43,081 bases of DNA from Alphaproteobacteria bacterium (GCA_013316395.1 WSMU01000003.1:1-43081); one strand, 5' to 3'; shown: positions 16,971 to 27,926, numbered from the stretch's first letter. Program-made: numbers and translations. The notes: generated by a model from the letters alone, not told the origin.

Positions 16971-18648
16971 ATTTTTCTTCTTTGTTTATCCCCAGCGTAT
17001 CTTTTACCGGTTCTATAATTGTTGTTTTCGCACTGTCTAGTGTTCTTATAAGTGCGCGCCGGATTTTGCCGCTGATTGTCATAGGCAGGCTTTCTACGAA
17101 TTCTATCACACGCGGATATTTATATGCCGCGGTGCGGGAACGGACATGATCCTGCAACTGGCGTACAAGTATGTCGCCGGGTTGGAAGTACTTGTTTAAG
17201 ACGATTGTTGCTTTTACGGCTTGGCCGCGGGATGGGTCGGGGATGCCGGTTACGGCTACCTCGCGGACGGCCGGGTGTTCCAGTAACACGCTTTCTACCT
17301 CAAACGGGCTAATGCGGTATCCGCTGCTCTTTATCAAATCATCGTTACGGCCCACAAACCAGAAGTAGCCGTCCGCATCGCGGAATGCCACGTCGCCGGT
17401 ATGATAGTAGCCGTCACGGTACACAGATGCGGTTTGTTTTTCGTTTTTATGGTATCCCAGGAACAGGCCGACGGGGCGACGTTCTTTTAAATTAACGCAT
17501 ATTTCGCCGACAGTGCCGTTGGGTACGGGGCGACCGCGCTCGTCCAGCAGTTCAACATCCCAACCTGCCGCGGGCATTCCCATGCTGCCGGGTTTTGGCT
17601 CAATCCATTCATGATTAAACAGCATTACGCATGTTTCCGTCTGGCCAAAGCCTTCGCGCATTTTTATCCCTGTGGCCTTTAGAAATCTTTCATATACCTC
17701 CGGATTCAGGGCTTCGCCGGCAATGTCGGCCTTGGTCAGTGCCGTCAGGTCGTATTTGCTTAAATCCGCATGCAGCAACATCTTATATACCGTTGGCGGT
17801 GCGCAGAAAGATGTAACATGATTTTCTGATATCGCCTTTAGCAGGTCGTGCGCGGTAAAGCGGCCGGCAAAATCAAACACAAACACTGTGGCCCCGGCCA
17901 ACCACTGGCCGTACATTTTTCCCCAGCTGCATTTTGCCCAGCCCGATTCGGACAGTGTAAAATGAATGTCGCCATCGCGCAGACGCTGCCAGAACAGGGC
18001 GGTGTTAATATGCCCCAGGGGATATGCAAAATTGTGTGCGACCATTTTTGGTAAATCCGTTGTGCCGCTGGTAAAATATAAAACCATGGTATCGCCTGTC
18101 TCGTTCGGGATACGGGCGAATGTTGTTGGGGATTGTTCTATCCCGGCGGCAACATCTTCGCATGGGATAAGCTGAATATTATCATCACCAATTGCGTTGC
18201 GGATTTCGTTTACAATATATCCGTCATCAAATGCTATTATGTTTTTTACATCAGCGGTATTTATTCGGTATTTAATATCCTCTGCCTTTAGTTGATTCGT
18301 CGAAGGAATTGGAATCGCACCCAGCTTGTGCATCGCCAGCATTAAAATCCAGTATTCCCAGCGCCGACGCATGAACAGTAAAACTGTGTCGCCTTTTTTT
18401 ATTCCGCGAGCGCTTAAAAAGTTTGCCGCCGCATTTGATGCACGCGCCAAATCGCGGAATGTAAATGTTTTTTTGTCACCTGCGTCATCATTCCATATTA
18501 ACGCAACCTTGTCCGGGCTTTCTATTGCCAGTGCATCAATTACATCATATGCGAAATTAAAGTTATCCGGAACCTGGGGGATTGCGTTTTGTTTATAGTC
18601 CTCGTAGCTGTCAAAATTGGCCTTTGACAAGAATTTTAAAGCGAACAT
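16969..18648 (-). CDS. AMP-forming acyl-/acetyl-CoA synthetase (ANL superfamily)
   Basis: YFTSGTT..PK, GFGQTET, YHTGD, GRNDDLIK and P.TISGKI motifs. Confidence 0.93.
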   Translation of the reverse strand: MFALKFLSKANFDSYEDYKQNAIPQVPDNFNFAYDVIDALAIESPDKVALIWNDDAGDKKTFTFRDLARASNAAANFLSARGIKKGDTVLLFMRRRWEYWILMLAMHKLGAIPIPSTNQLKAEDIKYRINTADVKNIIAFDDGYIVNEIRNAIGDDNIQLIPCEDVAAGIEQSPTTFARIPNETGDTMVLYFTSGTTDLPKMVAHNFAYPLGHINTALFWQRLRDGDIHFTLSESGWAKCSWGKMYGQWLAGATVFVFDFAGRFTAHDLLKAISENHVTSFCAPPTVYKMLLHADLSKYDLTALTKADIAGEALNPEVYERFLKATGIKMREGFGQTETCVMLFNHEWIEPKPGSMGMPAAGWDVELLDERGRPVPNGTVGEICVNLKERRPVGLFLGYHKNEKQTASVYRDGYYHTGDVAFRDADGYFWFVGRNDDLIKSSGYRISPFEVESVLLEHPAVREVAVTGIPDPSRGQAVKATIVLNKYFQPGDILVRQLQDHVRSRTAAYKYPRVIEFVESLPMTISGKIRRALIRTLDSAKTTIIEPVKDTLGINKEEK

Positions 18649-18727
18649 ATTTATTCCTTATTTATATACAGGATAAAATATGGTTCATTAAATGATAATT
18701 ACAAGTGAATTTTATAAATAAAAATAG

Positions 18728-18762
18728 TTGCATTTTATAAAAAACAGGTGCATAATCCCGCC
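18728..18762 (+). promoter_or_regulatory. tRNA promoter with GC-rich discriminator
   Basis: TTGCAT-17 nt-CATAAT-CCCGCC. Confidence 0.65.
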
Positions 18763-18766
18763 ATAT

Positions 18767-18843
18767 CGGAGTGTAGCTCAGTCTGGTAGAGCGCTGCGTT
18801 CGGGTCGCAGAGGTCGTAGGTTCGAATCCTGTCACTCCGACCA
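18767..18843 (+). tRNA. tRNA-Pro(CGG)
   Basis: 77-nt cloverleaf: acceptor CGGAGTG/CACTCCG, anticodon arm CTGCG-TTCGGGT-CGCAG, GGTTCGAATCC T-arm and encoded CCA. Confidence 0.97.
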
Positions 18844-19026
18844 AAAATTTAACCGCCCCTTGTGGGCGGTTTGATTTTTGGATTGTGGTGCGGATGAGAA
18901 CCGTAAAGGTTCGACTACGACTTGGTGGCCGCAATGCGGACACCGTAGGAGTGCCCCGCAGGCGCTGTGCGCCGAGGGAATCCTGTCACTCCGACCAAAA
19001 ATTTAACCGCCCACAAGGGGCGGTTT
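18824..19026 (+). repeat. 35-bp direct repeat of the tRNA 3' end plus terminator arm (18824-18858 and 18978-19012) enclosing a short structured insert
   Basis: GAATCCTGTCACTCCGACCAAAAATTTAACCGCCC occurs twice, 154 bp apart. Confidence 0.9.
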
Positions 19027-19074
19027 CTTATTAGCGTTTGCAAAATCTTTTTTATCTGCAATAATATCCGGGTT

Positions 19075-20082
19075 ATGAAACGCAGAAATTTTAAACAAAA
19101 AAAATTCATGATTTTCTTCGGTTTGGCAATGCTGGCCGCATTGATTACCGGTGTTTATATGGTCGGGTTTTACTCGCCACTGCGCAGCAGCGTGGTTATA
19201 AATGTTCCGCGCGGGGCCAGTGTTTCATCTGTGGCACGCCAGCTGGTTCAAAAGGGGGTAATTGATTCGGTTCCTTTGTTTAAAATGTGTGTCCGCATGG
19301 CCGATGGGCGTGTCCAAAGCGGCGAGTATGAATTCCCGCCGTATGCCAGCGCATGGCGTGTGGCGCGCATGCTGGCGACGGGTGATGTTGCCGCTACAAC
19401 GGTCGTTATTCCCGAAGGCCTGACAATACGCCAGATAAAGCAGTTGTTGTTGCAGGCGCAGGGGCTGAGCGGGGTGGTTGAGTGCGATGGCCCCAGTGAT
19501 ATGCCTGTTTGCAATCTGCGTGACGGTGATGTTTTTCCTGATACGTACCGGGTGGCACGTGGGACATCGCGATTGGCGCTGCTGGATTTGGCACGTAAAA
19601 AGATGGTGGCTATTCATGACGCCTGGGAACGGGCAGGGCGTATCGCGCCATCGCCGCTTAAAACCTGGAATGAGGTGATAACGCTGGCGTCTATTGTTCA
19701 AAAGGAAACGCCGCGTGCCGAAGAAATGCCGACCGTTGCCAGTGTTTATGTTAACCGTCTGCGAAAAAATATGCGGTTGCAGGCGGACCCCACGGTTGTT
19801 TATGCACTGACCGGTGGGCTGGGGGATATGCAGGGGGCGGCGCTGTTGCGTGGTCATCTTAAGGTGGATAGTCCTTATAATACATATACACATTATGGTC
19901 TGCCGCCGGCGCCAATCGCCAATGTCGGCCAGGCTGCAATTCGCGCAGTGCTAAAGCCTGCGGATACAAATTATCTGTTTTTTGTCGCAGATGGGCGTGG
20001 CGGACATCGGTTTTCGAATTCGTATGAGCAGCATATGCGCTATCATGCTGACTGGCGCGCGATAAAAAAAAGTAGAAATTAA
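19075..20082 (+). CDS. mltG: Endolytic transglycosylase MltG
   Basis: N-terminal TM helix; IPEG, FPDTY, LASIVQKE, LQADPTV, SPYNTY..GLPP.PI.N motifs. Confidence 0.95.
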   Translation: MKRRNFKQKKFMIFFGLAMLAALITGVYMVGFYSPLRSSVVINVPRGASVSSVARQLVQKGVIDSVPLFKMCVRMADGRVQSGEYEFPPYASAWRVARMLATGDVAATTVVIPEGLTIRQIKQLLLQAQGLSGVVECDGPSDMPVCNLRDGDVFPDTYRVARGTSRLALLDLARKKMVAIHDAWERAGRIAPSPLKTWNEVITLASIVQKETPRAEEMPTVASVYVNRLRKNMRLQADPTVVYALTGGLGDMQGAALLRGHLKVDSPYNTYTHYGLPPAPIANVGQAAIRAVLKPADTNYLFFVADGRGGHRFSNSYEQHMRYHADWRAIKKSRN

Positions 20083-20153
20083 AGTCTTGCAATCGACAAA
20101 AACATTAAAAATCATAATAATTTAATTATATAACGAAATTGACGCTTTGTATT

Positions 20154-20181
20154 AAAAAGCCCCGTAAATCCGGGGTTTTTT
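20154..20181 (+). terminator. Intrinsic terminator after mltG
   Basis: AAAAAGCCCCG-TAAATC-CGGGGTTTTTT. Confidence 0.75.
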
Positions 20182-20347
20182 GAATGTTTTTTAGGAAGTT
20201 TTTCCGATTCGAAAGCCGGCTTAGCATAGCATATTTATAGGGGTTTTGCAAAAATCTTTTCCCTTGCGGGTGGTCTGAGGCCAATAGTAAAATATTCTTA
20301 AGAACTAGAAAAAATGTCTAGTTGTTAACTTAAAGAAAGGATAGAGT

Positions 20348-21121
20348 ATGAAAAAATTAGCTTTGACTTCTTTGTTCGCCGTATTTGCTGTTTCCGGCGC
20401 GCATGCGGCCAATATCATTGATGGTAATCCGTTGTATCGTCCGGACCAGGGTCGTTTTTACAGTGTAACCACGGTTGGTTCAAATACTGAAAATACAAAG
20501 ACTGTCGCTCTGAATGAAGAATTTGCGTATGGAATTACCAAGAATTTGGCGGTGGTTTTGGCAACAAACGTATCGCAGACAGATTGGTTTGATACCGCCG
20601 ACTGGGGGATGACATCCTTTGGCTTGAATTATCGTGCAATCGATATGGGCAACTGGAAGGGTGACCTGTTCGGTGCTTATTCGGTAACGCCGGTTTGGGG
20701 TGACCATGCATCGTTCTTGGATGAAGATAATACAGACTATGTCTGGACATTGGGTGCGCGTGCCGGTTACGTATCTGATAATGGCTGGACGGTTGCCGGA
20801 CATATCGCGTTTGATTATGCGAACACGGAATCCTTTAACTGGGATGACGAAGGTCTGCACCAACTGCGCCTGGGCTTGGATGGTCAGGTCCTGCTGAGCA
20901 GTGAATGGAACCTGGTTGCGGGTGTTGAATATACCACTAATACAGATAACTGGGATGACAAACCGGGTGTTTGGACAGGTAAAGTCGGTGTAAACTACAA
21001 TATCGATGAAACCAAGTTTGTTGGTGCATATGTCGGCAAAGAGATGTCTCATGAAGCCGAAGGCAAATGGAAGGTTCAGGATGGCTTTGCATTTGGTGCC
21101 AAATTCGGTATTGATTTCTAA
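20348..21121 (+). CDS. Outer-membrane beta-barrel protein
   Basis: Signal peptide ending AHA, alternating amphipathic strands rich in aromatics, C-terminal FGIDF BAM-type signal and strong RBS. Confidence 0.8.
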   Translation: MKKLALTSLFAVFAVSGAHAANIIDGNPLYRPDQGRFYSVTTVGSNTENTKTVALNEEFAYGITKNLAVVLATNVSQTDWFDTADWGMTSFGLNYRAIDMGNWKGDLFGAYSVTPVWGDHASFLDEDNTDYVWTLGARAGYVSDNGWTVAGHIAFDYANTESFNWDDEGLHQLRLGLDGQVLLSSEWNLVAGVEYTTNTDNWDDKPGVWTGKVGVNYNIDETKFVGAYVGKEMSHEAEGKWKVQDGFAFGAKFGIDF

Positions 21122-21142
21122 GTCTTTATCATAATGAAAATT

Positions 21143-21171
21143 GCGCGCCCCGACAGCATATCGGGGCGCGC
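21143..21171 (+). terminator. Strong 3' hairpin after the OMP gene
   Basis: GCGCGCCCCGA-7 nt-TCGGGGCGCGC; short U tail. Confidence 0.55.
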
Positions 21172-21304
21172 TTGTACAAACATGAAAATAGTGCGAAAAA
21201 ATGCCGGTACTAAATATATTTTTGTGCGTTTGCGTTATTGGATAAATCCGCCGAAATGTGCGGGTTTGACATTTATTCCTTTATTATTTTTTCCTAGATT
21301 TTTC

Positions 21305-21333
21305 TTGACAATCTTGGGGGGCGCGGTTATAGT
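21305..21333 (+). promoter_or_regulatory. Sigma70 promoter of the str operon
   Basis: TTGACA-17 nt-TATAGT. Confidence 0.75.
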
Positions 21334-21479
21334 ATGTTCGCTTTCCGTGTAAATAAGGAAAGAAAAAATACAGAAATCTGCACGATTTGACAGATTTATA
21401 ATCACCCGGTACGCCTGGTGAAGTAAGTCTGACGGGCAGTTTTTGTGGACAAAAGTTATAAGGAAAAAAGAGATTTTGA

Positions 21480-21851
21480 ATGCCAACAGTAAACCAACTG
21501 ATTCGGAAACCGCGTAAAAAGGTTGTTGTGAAATCCACGGCACCTGACATGGTTGAATGCCCGCAGAAGCGTGGTGTTTGCACGCGTGTTTATACGACTA
21601 CACCTAAGAAACCTAACTCGGCGCAGCGTAAGGTTGCTCGTGTTAAACTGGCGAACGGTCATGAAGTAACCGCATACATTCCGGGCGAAGGTCACAACCT
21701 GCAGGAACATAGCGTTGTTATGATTCGTGGCGGTCGTGTAAAGGACTTGCCTGGTGTTAAATATCATATTATCCGTGGTGTCTTGGATACCAAGGGTGTT
21801 GATAGCCGTAAGCAGGGTCGCTCCTTGTATGGTGCAAAGGTAAAGAAATAA
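21480..21851 (+). CDS. rpsL: 30S ribosomal protein S12
   Basis: PKKPNSA.RK and RVKDLPGV motifs. Confidence 0.99.
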   Translation: MPTVNQLIRKPRKKVVVKSTAPDMVECPQKRGVCTRVYTTTPKKPNSAQRKVARVKLANGHEVTAYIPGEGHNLQEHSVVMIRGGRVKDLPGVKYHIIRGVLDTKGVDSRKQGRSLYGAKVKK

Positions 21852-21918
21852 TGCAAAAACATGCGGCCTTGCCGTGTGAGTAATCCGGACATCCGGGTGA
21901 AGAATAAAAGGAAAAAAA

Positions 21919-22392
21919 ATGTCAAGACGTAAAAGCGCAGCTAAACGTGAAATATTGCCAGATTCCAAGTATAACAATCTGGTTGTTGCAAAATTGATTA
22001 ATAATGTAATGTGGGACGGCAAGAAAGAAGTTGCCGAAAATATCGTTTACAGCGCGATGGATGAACTGAAGAAAATCGCAAAAGACGGTGATGAATTGGC
22101 TGGATTGTTGGAGGCTATTGATGCCTTGAAACCTTCTGTTGAAGTTAAGGGCCGCCGTGTTGGTGGTGCGACCTATCAGGTGCCAGTAGAAGTTCGTCCT
22201 GCACGTCAGCAGACATTGGCTTTGCGTAACTTGGTTATGTATGCGCGCAAGCGTGGTGAGCGTAATATGGCGGCTCGCTTGTTCGGTGAACTGCGTGATG
22301 CATTGAATGGCCAGGGTGGCGCGTTCAAGAAAAAGATTGATACGCACAAAATGGCAGAGGCGAACAAGGCGTTTGCACACTTCCGCTGGTAA
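21919..22392 (+). CDS. rpsG: 30S ribosomal protein S7
   Basis: [11 protein letters not shown] and [15 protein letters not shown]. Confidence 0.99.
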   Translation: MSRRKSAAKREILPDSKYNNLVVAKLINNVMWDGKKEVAENIVYSAMDELKKIAKDGDELAGLLEAIDALKPSVEVKGRRVGGATYQVPVEVRPARQQTLALRNLVMYARKRGERNMAARLFGELRDALNGQGGAFKKKIDTHKMAEANKAFAHFRW

Positions 22393-22431
22393 TATAAAAA
22401 ATATAAGACAATTTAAACTAAGGAAAGACAC

Positions 22432-24513
22432 ATGTCTGTTGGAAAAACCGCTCCTTTACATATGTACCGCAATATCGGCATTATGGCCCATATTGACGCT
22501 GGTAAAACAACTACGTCGGAACGTATCTTGTTCTATACCGGAAAAAGCTATAAAATCGGCGAAGTGCACGACGGGGCCGCGACAATGGACTGGATGGCCC
22601 AGGAACAGGAACGCGGTATTACTATTACATCTGCGGCGACAACATGCTTTTGGCGTGACCATCGTATCAACTTGATTGATACCCCGGGGCACGTTGACTT
22701 TACAATGGAAGTAGAACGTTCTCTGCGCGTTTTGGACGGTGCGGTTGCGGTATTTGAATCTGTATCCGGTGTTCAGCCTCAAACTGAAACTGTATGGCGC
22801 CAGGCTGATCGTTATAATGTTCCGCGTATTTGCTTTATTAACAAGATGGACCGTATTGGTGGAAACTTCTTCCGCTGTGTTGATATGATTCGTGAACGTT
22901 TGGGGGCAAATCCTCTGGTTTTGAACTTCCCGATTGGTGCGGAATCCGACTTTAAGGGCGTTGTTGACGTTCTGGAAATGAAGGGTATCGTATGGCAGGA
23001 TGAAAACGGCAGCAACCCTGTTGTTGTTGACATTCCCGAAGACCTGAAGGCAAAGGCCGAAGAACTGCACAATCGTTTGATTGAAGAAGTTGTAACACTT
23101 GATGATGCGGTAATGGAAGCCTATATGGAGGGCACAGTACCGGACCACGACACAATTAAAAAGCTGTTGCGCAAGGGTACAATTGCACAGAACTTTGTTC
23201 CCGTAATGTGCGGTTCGGCGTTTAAGAACAAGGGTGTTCAGCCGCTGTTGGATGCGATTGTTGACTATCTGCCGTCCCCGTTGGATATTCCGGCGATTAA
23301 GGGTACAAAGATGGACGGTGAAAGCGTTGCAGAACGCAAACCCAGCGTAAATGAGCCGTTCAGCGCTCTGGCGTTTAAGGTTGCAAATGACCCGTTTGTT
23401 GGAAATTTGATGTTTATCCGCGTATATTCGGGTAAATTGACATCCGGTTCATATATTTATAACTCCAACCGCGACAAGCGTGAGCGTGTTGGTCGTATGT
23501 TGCTGATGCACGCGAATAACCGTGAAGAAATCAAAGAAGCAACAGCAGGCGATATTGTAACGTTGGTCGGTATGAAAGAAACAATCACTGGCGATACGCT
23601 GTGTGATGAATCAAATCCGATTATTCTGGAAAACATTCATGTTCCAGAGCCGGTTATCAGCATTGCTGTTGAGCCCAAGACCAAGGCGGACATTGAAAAG
23701 ATGTCGCTGGGCCTGCAGGCGCTGGCTAAGGAAGACCCGTCTTTCCGTGTATCGGTGGACGAAGAATCCGGTCAGACAATTCTGGCAGGTGTGGGTGAGT
23801 TGCATTTGGAAATTTTGGTTGACCGCTTGCTGCGTGAATTTAAAGTTGATGTTGCTGTGGGTGAACCTCGCATTGCATATCGTGAAACCTTCCGCAAGGC
23901 GATTACCGAAGAATATACTCACAAGAAACAGTCGGGTGGTTCGGGTCAGTATGCTCAGGTTAAGATTGAATTTGAACCTGTAGAACCGGGCGAAGGATAT
24001 TCGTTTGACAATAAAATTGTTGGTGGTGCGATTCCGAAAGAATACATCCCCGGCGTTGAAAAGGGTTTGAAGATAGCGCAACAGACAGGTGTTCTGATTG
24101 GCTATCCCACAGTGGATTTCAAGGCAACATTGGTCGATGGTAAGTACCATGAAGTTGACTCCAATGTTCTGTGCTTTGAAATTGCGGCGCGTGCCTGTTT
24201 CCGTGAAGCGATGAAAAAGGCCTCGCCAAAGTTGTTGGAACCGATTATGAAGCTTTCGGTAAATACACCGGAAGAATACGTTGGTGACATCATCGGGGAC
24301 CTGAACAGTCGCCGCGGTCAGATTAACGGTATTGAGACCCAGTTCGGCAACCAGCTGATTTCGGCTTTCGTGCCGCTGGCTAATCTGTTCGGATACGTTA
24401 AGACATTGCGTTCTTTGTCACAGGGCCGCGCAAATCCGTATATGGAATTGTCGCACTATGCCGAAGTTCCGTCTAACGTTGCAGACGAAGTAATAAAAAA
24501 GCTGACAAAATAA
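22432..24513 (+). CDS. fusA: Elongation factor G
   Basis: [18 protein letters not shown] and [10 protein letters not shown] motifs; operon position. Confidence 0.99.
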   Translation: MSVGKTAPLHMYRNIGIMAHIDAGKTTTSERILFYTGKSYKIGEVHDGAATMDWMAQEQERGITITSAATTCFWRDHRINLIDTPGHVDFTMEVERSLRVLDGAVAVFESVSGVQPQTETVWRQADRYNVPRICFINKMDRIGGNFFRCVDMIRERLGANPLVLNFPIGAESDFKGVVDVLEMKGIVWQDENGSNPVVVDIPEDLKAKAEELHNRLIEEVVTLDDAVMEAYMEGTVPDHDTIKKLLRKGTIAQNFVPVMCGSAFKNKGVQPLLDAIVDYLPSPLDIPAIKGTKMDGESVAERKPSVNEPFSALAFKVANDPFVGNLMFIRVYSGKLTSGSYIYNSNRDKRERVGRMLLMHANNREEIKEATAGDIVTLVGMKETITGDTLCDESNPIILENIHVPEPVISIAVEPKTKADIEKMSLGLQALAKEDPSFRVSVDEESGQTILAGVGELHLEILVDRLLREFKVDVAVGEPRIAYRETFRKAITEEYTHKKQSGGSGQYAQVKIEFEPVEPGEGYSFDNKIVGGAIPKEYIPGVEKGLKIAQQTGVLIGYPTVDFKATLVDGKYHEVDSNVLCFEIAARACFREAMKKASPKLLEPIMKLSVNTPEEYVGDIIGDLNSRRGQINGIETQFGNQLISAFVPLANLFGYVKTLRSLSQGRANPYMELSHYAEVPSNVADEVIKKLTK

Positions 24514-24557
24514 AAATAGAGTTTTAAACTAAACAAGCAAAGCCTAAGGAGAAAACT

Positions 24558-25745
24558 ATGGCAAAAGAAAAGTACGTAAGAACCAAGCCGCATGTTAACA
24601 TCGGTACCATTGGTCACGTTGACCACGGTAAAACGACGACAACTGCAGCTATTGTACAGTGTTATGGTGTTGGTGCTGACAAATCGAAGGGCGTTAACGA
24701 AATTGATAACGCGCCGGAAGAAAAGGCACGCGGTATAACAATTAACACTGCCCACGTTGAATATGAAACAGAAACACGTCACTACGCTCACGTTGACTGC
24801 CCGGGACACGCCGACTATGTTAAAAACATGATTACCGGTGCCGCGCAGATGGACGGTGCTATCTTGGTAGTTGCGGCGACAGACGGTCCGATGCCTCAGA
24901 CACGCGAACACATTCTGTTGGCTCGTCAGGTAGGTATTCCGAAAATCGTTGTATTCTTGAACAAGTGCGATTTGGCGAATGATCCGGAACTGTTGGAATT
25001 GGTTGAAATGGAAATTCGCGAACTGTTGTCTGCGAACGATTTCGACGGCGACAATGCTCCGATTATCCGTGGTTCTGCTATATCCGCTTTGGAAGGTAAA
25101 AACGACGGTTTGGGCAAAGAAGCGATTGACGCTCTGTTAAAGGCTTGCGATGAATACATCCCGATGCCGGAACGCCCGGTTGACAAGCCGTTCTTGATGC
25201 CGATCGAAGACGTATTCTCTATCACAGGTCGTGGTACCGTGGTAACAGGCCGTATCGAATCCGGTGTTATCAAGGTTGGTGACGAATGCGAAATCGTTGG
25301 TCTGCGTCCGACACAGAAAACAACAGTAACCGGTGTTGAAATGTTCCGCAAATTGCTGGATCAGGGTGAAGCCGGTGATAACGTTGGTCTGTTGCTGCGT
25401 GGTACAAAGAAAGAAGATGTTGAACGTGGTCAGATTATCTGCAAACCGGGTTCCATCACACCGCATACAGAATTCGAAGCTGAAGTTTATATTCTGACGA
25501 AAGAAGAGGGTGGTCGCCACACAGCGTTCTTCTCGAACTATCGTCCTCAGTTCTACTTCAGCACAACAGACGTAACTGGTACAATCACATTGCCGGCTGA
25601 CAAAGAAATGGTTCTGCCGGGTGACAACGTTCGTATCACAGTGCAGTTGATTGCACCGATTGCTATGAGCGAAGGTCGTCGCTTTGCTATCCGCGAAGGC
25701 GGTCGCACAGTTGGCGCCGGTGTTGTATCGAAGATTATCAAATAA
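24558..25745 (+). CDS. tuf: Elongation factor Tu
   Basis: [21 protein letters not shown] and [11 protein letters not shown] motifs. Confidence 0.99.
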   Translation: MAKEKYVRTKPHVNIGTIGHVDHGKTTTTAAIVQCYGVGADKSKGVNEIDNAPEEKARGITINTAHVEYETETRHYAHVDCPGHADYVKNMITGAAQMDGAILVVAATDGPMPQTREHILLARQVGIPKIVVFLNKCDLANDPELLELVEMEIRELLSANDFDGDNAPIIRGSAISALEGKNDGLGKEAIDALLKACDEYIPMPERPVDKPFLMPIEDVFSITGRGTVVTGRIESGVIKVGDECEIVGLRPTQKTTVTGVEMFRKLLDQGEAGDNVGLLLRGTKKEDVERGQIICKPGSITPHTEFEAEVYILTKEEGGRHTAFFSNYRPQFYFSTTDVTGTITLPADKEMVLPGDNVRITVQLIAPIAMSEGRRFAIREGGRTVGAGVVSKIIK

Positions 25746-25825
25746 TACAACCAAACGGGTCGGTGTAACTGGATGAAATAGCGCCAGTGATTACCGGCCC
25801 GGATAAAAATAAGGAAAACGAACAA

Positions 25826-26137
25826 ATGGTACCTGCATCTAAAATTCGCATCAAGTTGACGGCATTCGACCATAGAGTCTTGATGGAATCTGTGGAAGAA
25901 ATTGTCAAAACTGCAAAGCGCACTGGCGCGGATGTCGTTGGACCCGTTCGCTTGCCGACTTTGATTCAGAAATTTACGGTGAATCGTTCGCCGCACGTTG
26001 ACAAGAAGTCGCGTGAGCAGTTCGAAATCCGCAATCATAAGGCGGTAATCGACATTGTTAACCCAACCCCTCAGACTGTTGATGCTTTGATGAAGTTGGA
26101 TTTGGCGTCCGGTGTTGACGTAAAGATTAAATTATAA
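25826..26137 (+). CDS. rpsJ: 30S ribosomal protein S10
   Basis: [14 protein letters not shown]; ATG 25826 with AAGGA RBS. Confidence 0.98.
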   Translation: MVPASKIRIKLTAFDHRVLMESVEEIVKTAKRTGADVVGPVRLPTLIQKFTVNRSPHVDKKSREQFEIRNHKAVIDIVNPTPQTVDALMKLDLASGVDVKIKL

Positions 26138-26207
26138 GGCTGTTAGGTTGGCGTGGGATGCAAATAATAAAACGCGCTAACCTCTGACATAAATAAAGGC
26201 AACAAAA

Positions 26208-26918
26208 ATGAAACGTAGCGGATTAATTACAACAAAAATAGGAATGACGCGTCTGTATGACGACGCGGGGGCGGCCCATGCGGTGACGGTCCTGGCGGTC
26301 GGCGATTGTACAGTTATCGGAAATCGTACGGCGGACAAGAACGGTTATATCGCAAATATCGTAGGTATGCGCGAGGCCAAGGCAAAACATATTGCAAAAC
26401 CCCAAGCGGTCGCAGCAGAGAAGGCGGGTGTTAAACCATTCCGCAAGGTTGTTGAATTCCGCGTATCAGATGACTGCATTATCCCGGCGGGTACTGCACT
26501 GTCAGCGGAGCATTTTGTTGCCGGTCAATTTGTTGACGTTCAGGCGACAAGCAAGGGTAAGGGATTCCAGGGCGCGATGAAGCGTCATAATTTCGGCGGT
26601 AAAGAAGCGACACACGGTGTTTTGAAAGCGCATCGTTCCATCGGTGGTACGGGTATGCGCGAATGGCCAGGTCGTGTTTTGAAAGGTAAGAAGATGGCCG
26701 GTCAGATGGGTAATGAAACCGTCACCGTTCAGAACTTGAAAGTATTTGGCACGGACGCAGCTGACAATTTGATTTTTGTCGAAGGTGCTGTTCCGGGTGC
26801 AAACGGTACATTCGTATTGGTAACGGATGCCGTTAAGAAAGAACACAAAGACCTGCCGATGCCGACTAAAATGGGTGAGGCGTCGAAAGCAACCGAAACA
26901 GAAGCTGTTGCGGAATAA
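26208..26918 (+). CDS. rplC: 50S ribosomal protein L3
   Basis: KIGMT, SKGKGFQG.MKR and GKKMAG.MG motifs. Confidence 0.98.
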   Translation: MKRSGLITTKIGMTRLYDDAGAAHAVTVLAVGDCTVIGNRTADKNGYIANIVGMREAKAKHIAKPQAVAAEKAGVKPFRKVVEFRVSDDCIIPAGTALSAEHFVAGQFVDVQATSKGKGFQGAMKRHNFGGKEATHGVLKAHRSIGGTGMREWPGRVLKGKKMAGQMGNETVTVQNLKVFGTDAADNLIFVEGAVPGANGTFVLVTDAVKKEHKDLPMPTKMGEASKATETEAVAE

Positions 26919-26954
26919 TAAATAATAGTAACAGCAAGAGTAAGGTGAAAAAAA

Positions 26955-27575
26955 ATGCAAATAGATATCGTAAATTTTGATGGAAAATCGGTCGGCAAAG
27001 TTGAATTGTCGGACCTGATATTCGGATTGGAACCCCGTGCGGACATCTTGCATCGCGTAGTAACTTGGCAGCGTGCCAAGTCACGCGCTGGCACACATGC
27101 GGTAAAGACTGTATCGGATGTAGAAGGCAGCGGTAAGAAAGCGTTCAAGCAGAAAAAGACTGGTAACGCGCGTCAGGGTGAAAAGTATAACGTTCACATG
27201 CGTGGCGGTGGTGTTGTTCATGGACCGGTTGTTCGTGACCACTCTATTGACCTGCCGAAGAAAATCCGCAGCCTGGGTCTGAAGATGGCTTTGTCATCCA
27301 AGGCGAAAGAGGGCAGCTTGATTGTTATCGATTCTGAAAAGTTGTCTGAGGCCAAGACGGGTGCTTTTGCAAAACAGCTGAAAAAGATGGGTTTGACATC
27401 TGCGCTGTTTGTTGGCGGTGAAACGCTGGATGAAAACTTCAAGAAGTCTGCGGCAAATATTGTGAATATCGACGCATTGCCGACGATTGGTTTGAATGTT
27501 TTGGATATTCTGAAGCATGAAAAATTGGTTTTGACAGCTGATGCGGTCAAAGCGGTAGAAGCAAGATTGGCATAA
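26955..27575 (+). CDS. rplD: 50S ribosomal protein L4
   Basis: QKKTGNARQG and RGGGVVHGP motifs. Confidence 0.98.
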   Translation: MQIDIVNFDGKSVGKVELSDLIFGLEPRADILHRVVTWQRAKSRAGTHAVKTVSDVEGSGKKAFKQKKTGNARQGEKYNVHMRGGGVVHGPVVRDHSIDLPKKIRSLGLKMALSSKAKEGSLIVIDSEKLSEAKTGAFAKQLKKMGLTSALFVGGETLDENFKKSAANIVNIDALPTIGLNVLDILKHEKLVLTADAVKAVEARLA

Positions 27576-27593
27576 TAAAGAAAGGTCAATGAA

Positions 27594-27926
27594 ATGGCAG
27601 AAAAAAAAGTGAATACAGAGAAAAAAATCGTTGCGACCGCTGATACTTATGGTATACTGCGTCGGCCGATAATCTCGGAGAAGGCAGCAAAACTGTCTGA
27701 AAACAATGGTGTAGCATTCGAAGTTGCGGCAGATGCCACAAAAGAAGATGTTGCACGTGGGGTTCAGGCAATCTACAATGTAAAGCCGACCAAGGTTAAC
27801 ATTGTGGTTACCAAGGGTAAGGTTAAAACCTTCCGTGGCCGCAGCACAGGTACACAGCGCACCGTTAAAAAGGCATACGTTTCGTTGCCGGTGGATGCGA
27901 AACTGGACCTGTCCGCAAACATATAA
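27594..27926 (+). CDS. rplW: 50S ribosomal protein L23
   Basis: PIISEK and KKAYVSL motifs; position. Confidence 0.97.
   Translation: MAEKKVNTEKKIVATADTYGILRRPIISEKAAKLSENNGVAFEVAADATKEDVARGVQAIYNVKPTKVNIVVTKGKVKTFRGRSTGTQRTVKKAYVSLPVDAKLDLSANI

Noticed and set aside
12390-19026. Genomic island bounded by the integrase-like gene and the tRNA-Pro repeat
   Set aside because: The interval holds core genes (acpP, fabF), the direct repeats enclose only about 120 bp, and the integrase lacks catalytic residues.
18967-19074. Longer upstream starts given in the ORF track (also 9516, 15211, 25787, 30873, 39342)
   Set aside because: They run through terminators, leaders or upstream genes; downstream ATGs fit the RBS, signal peptide or family length better.
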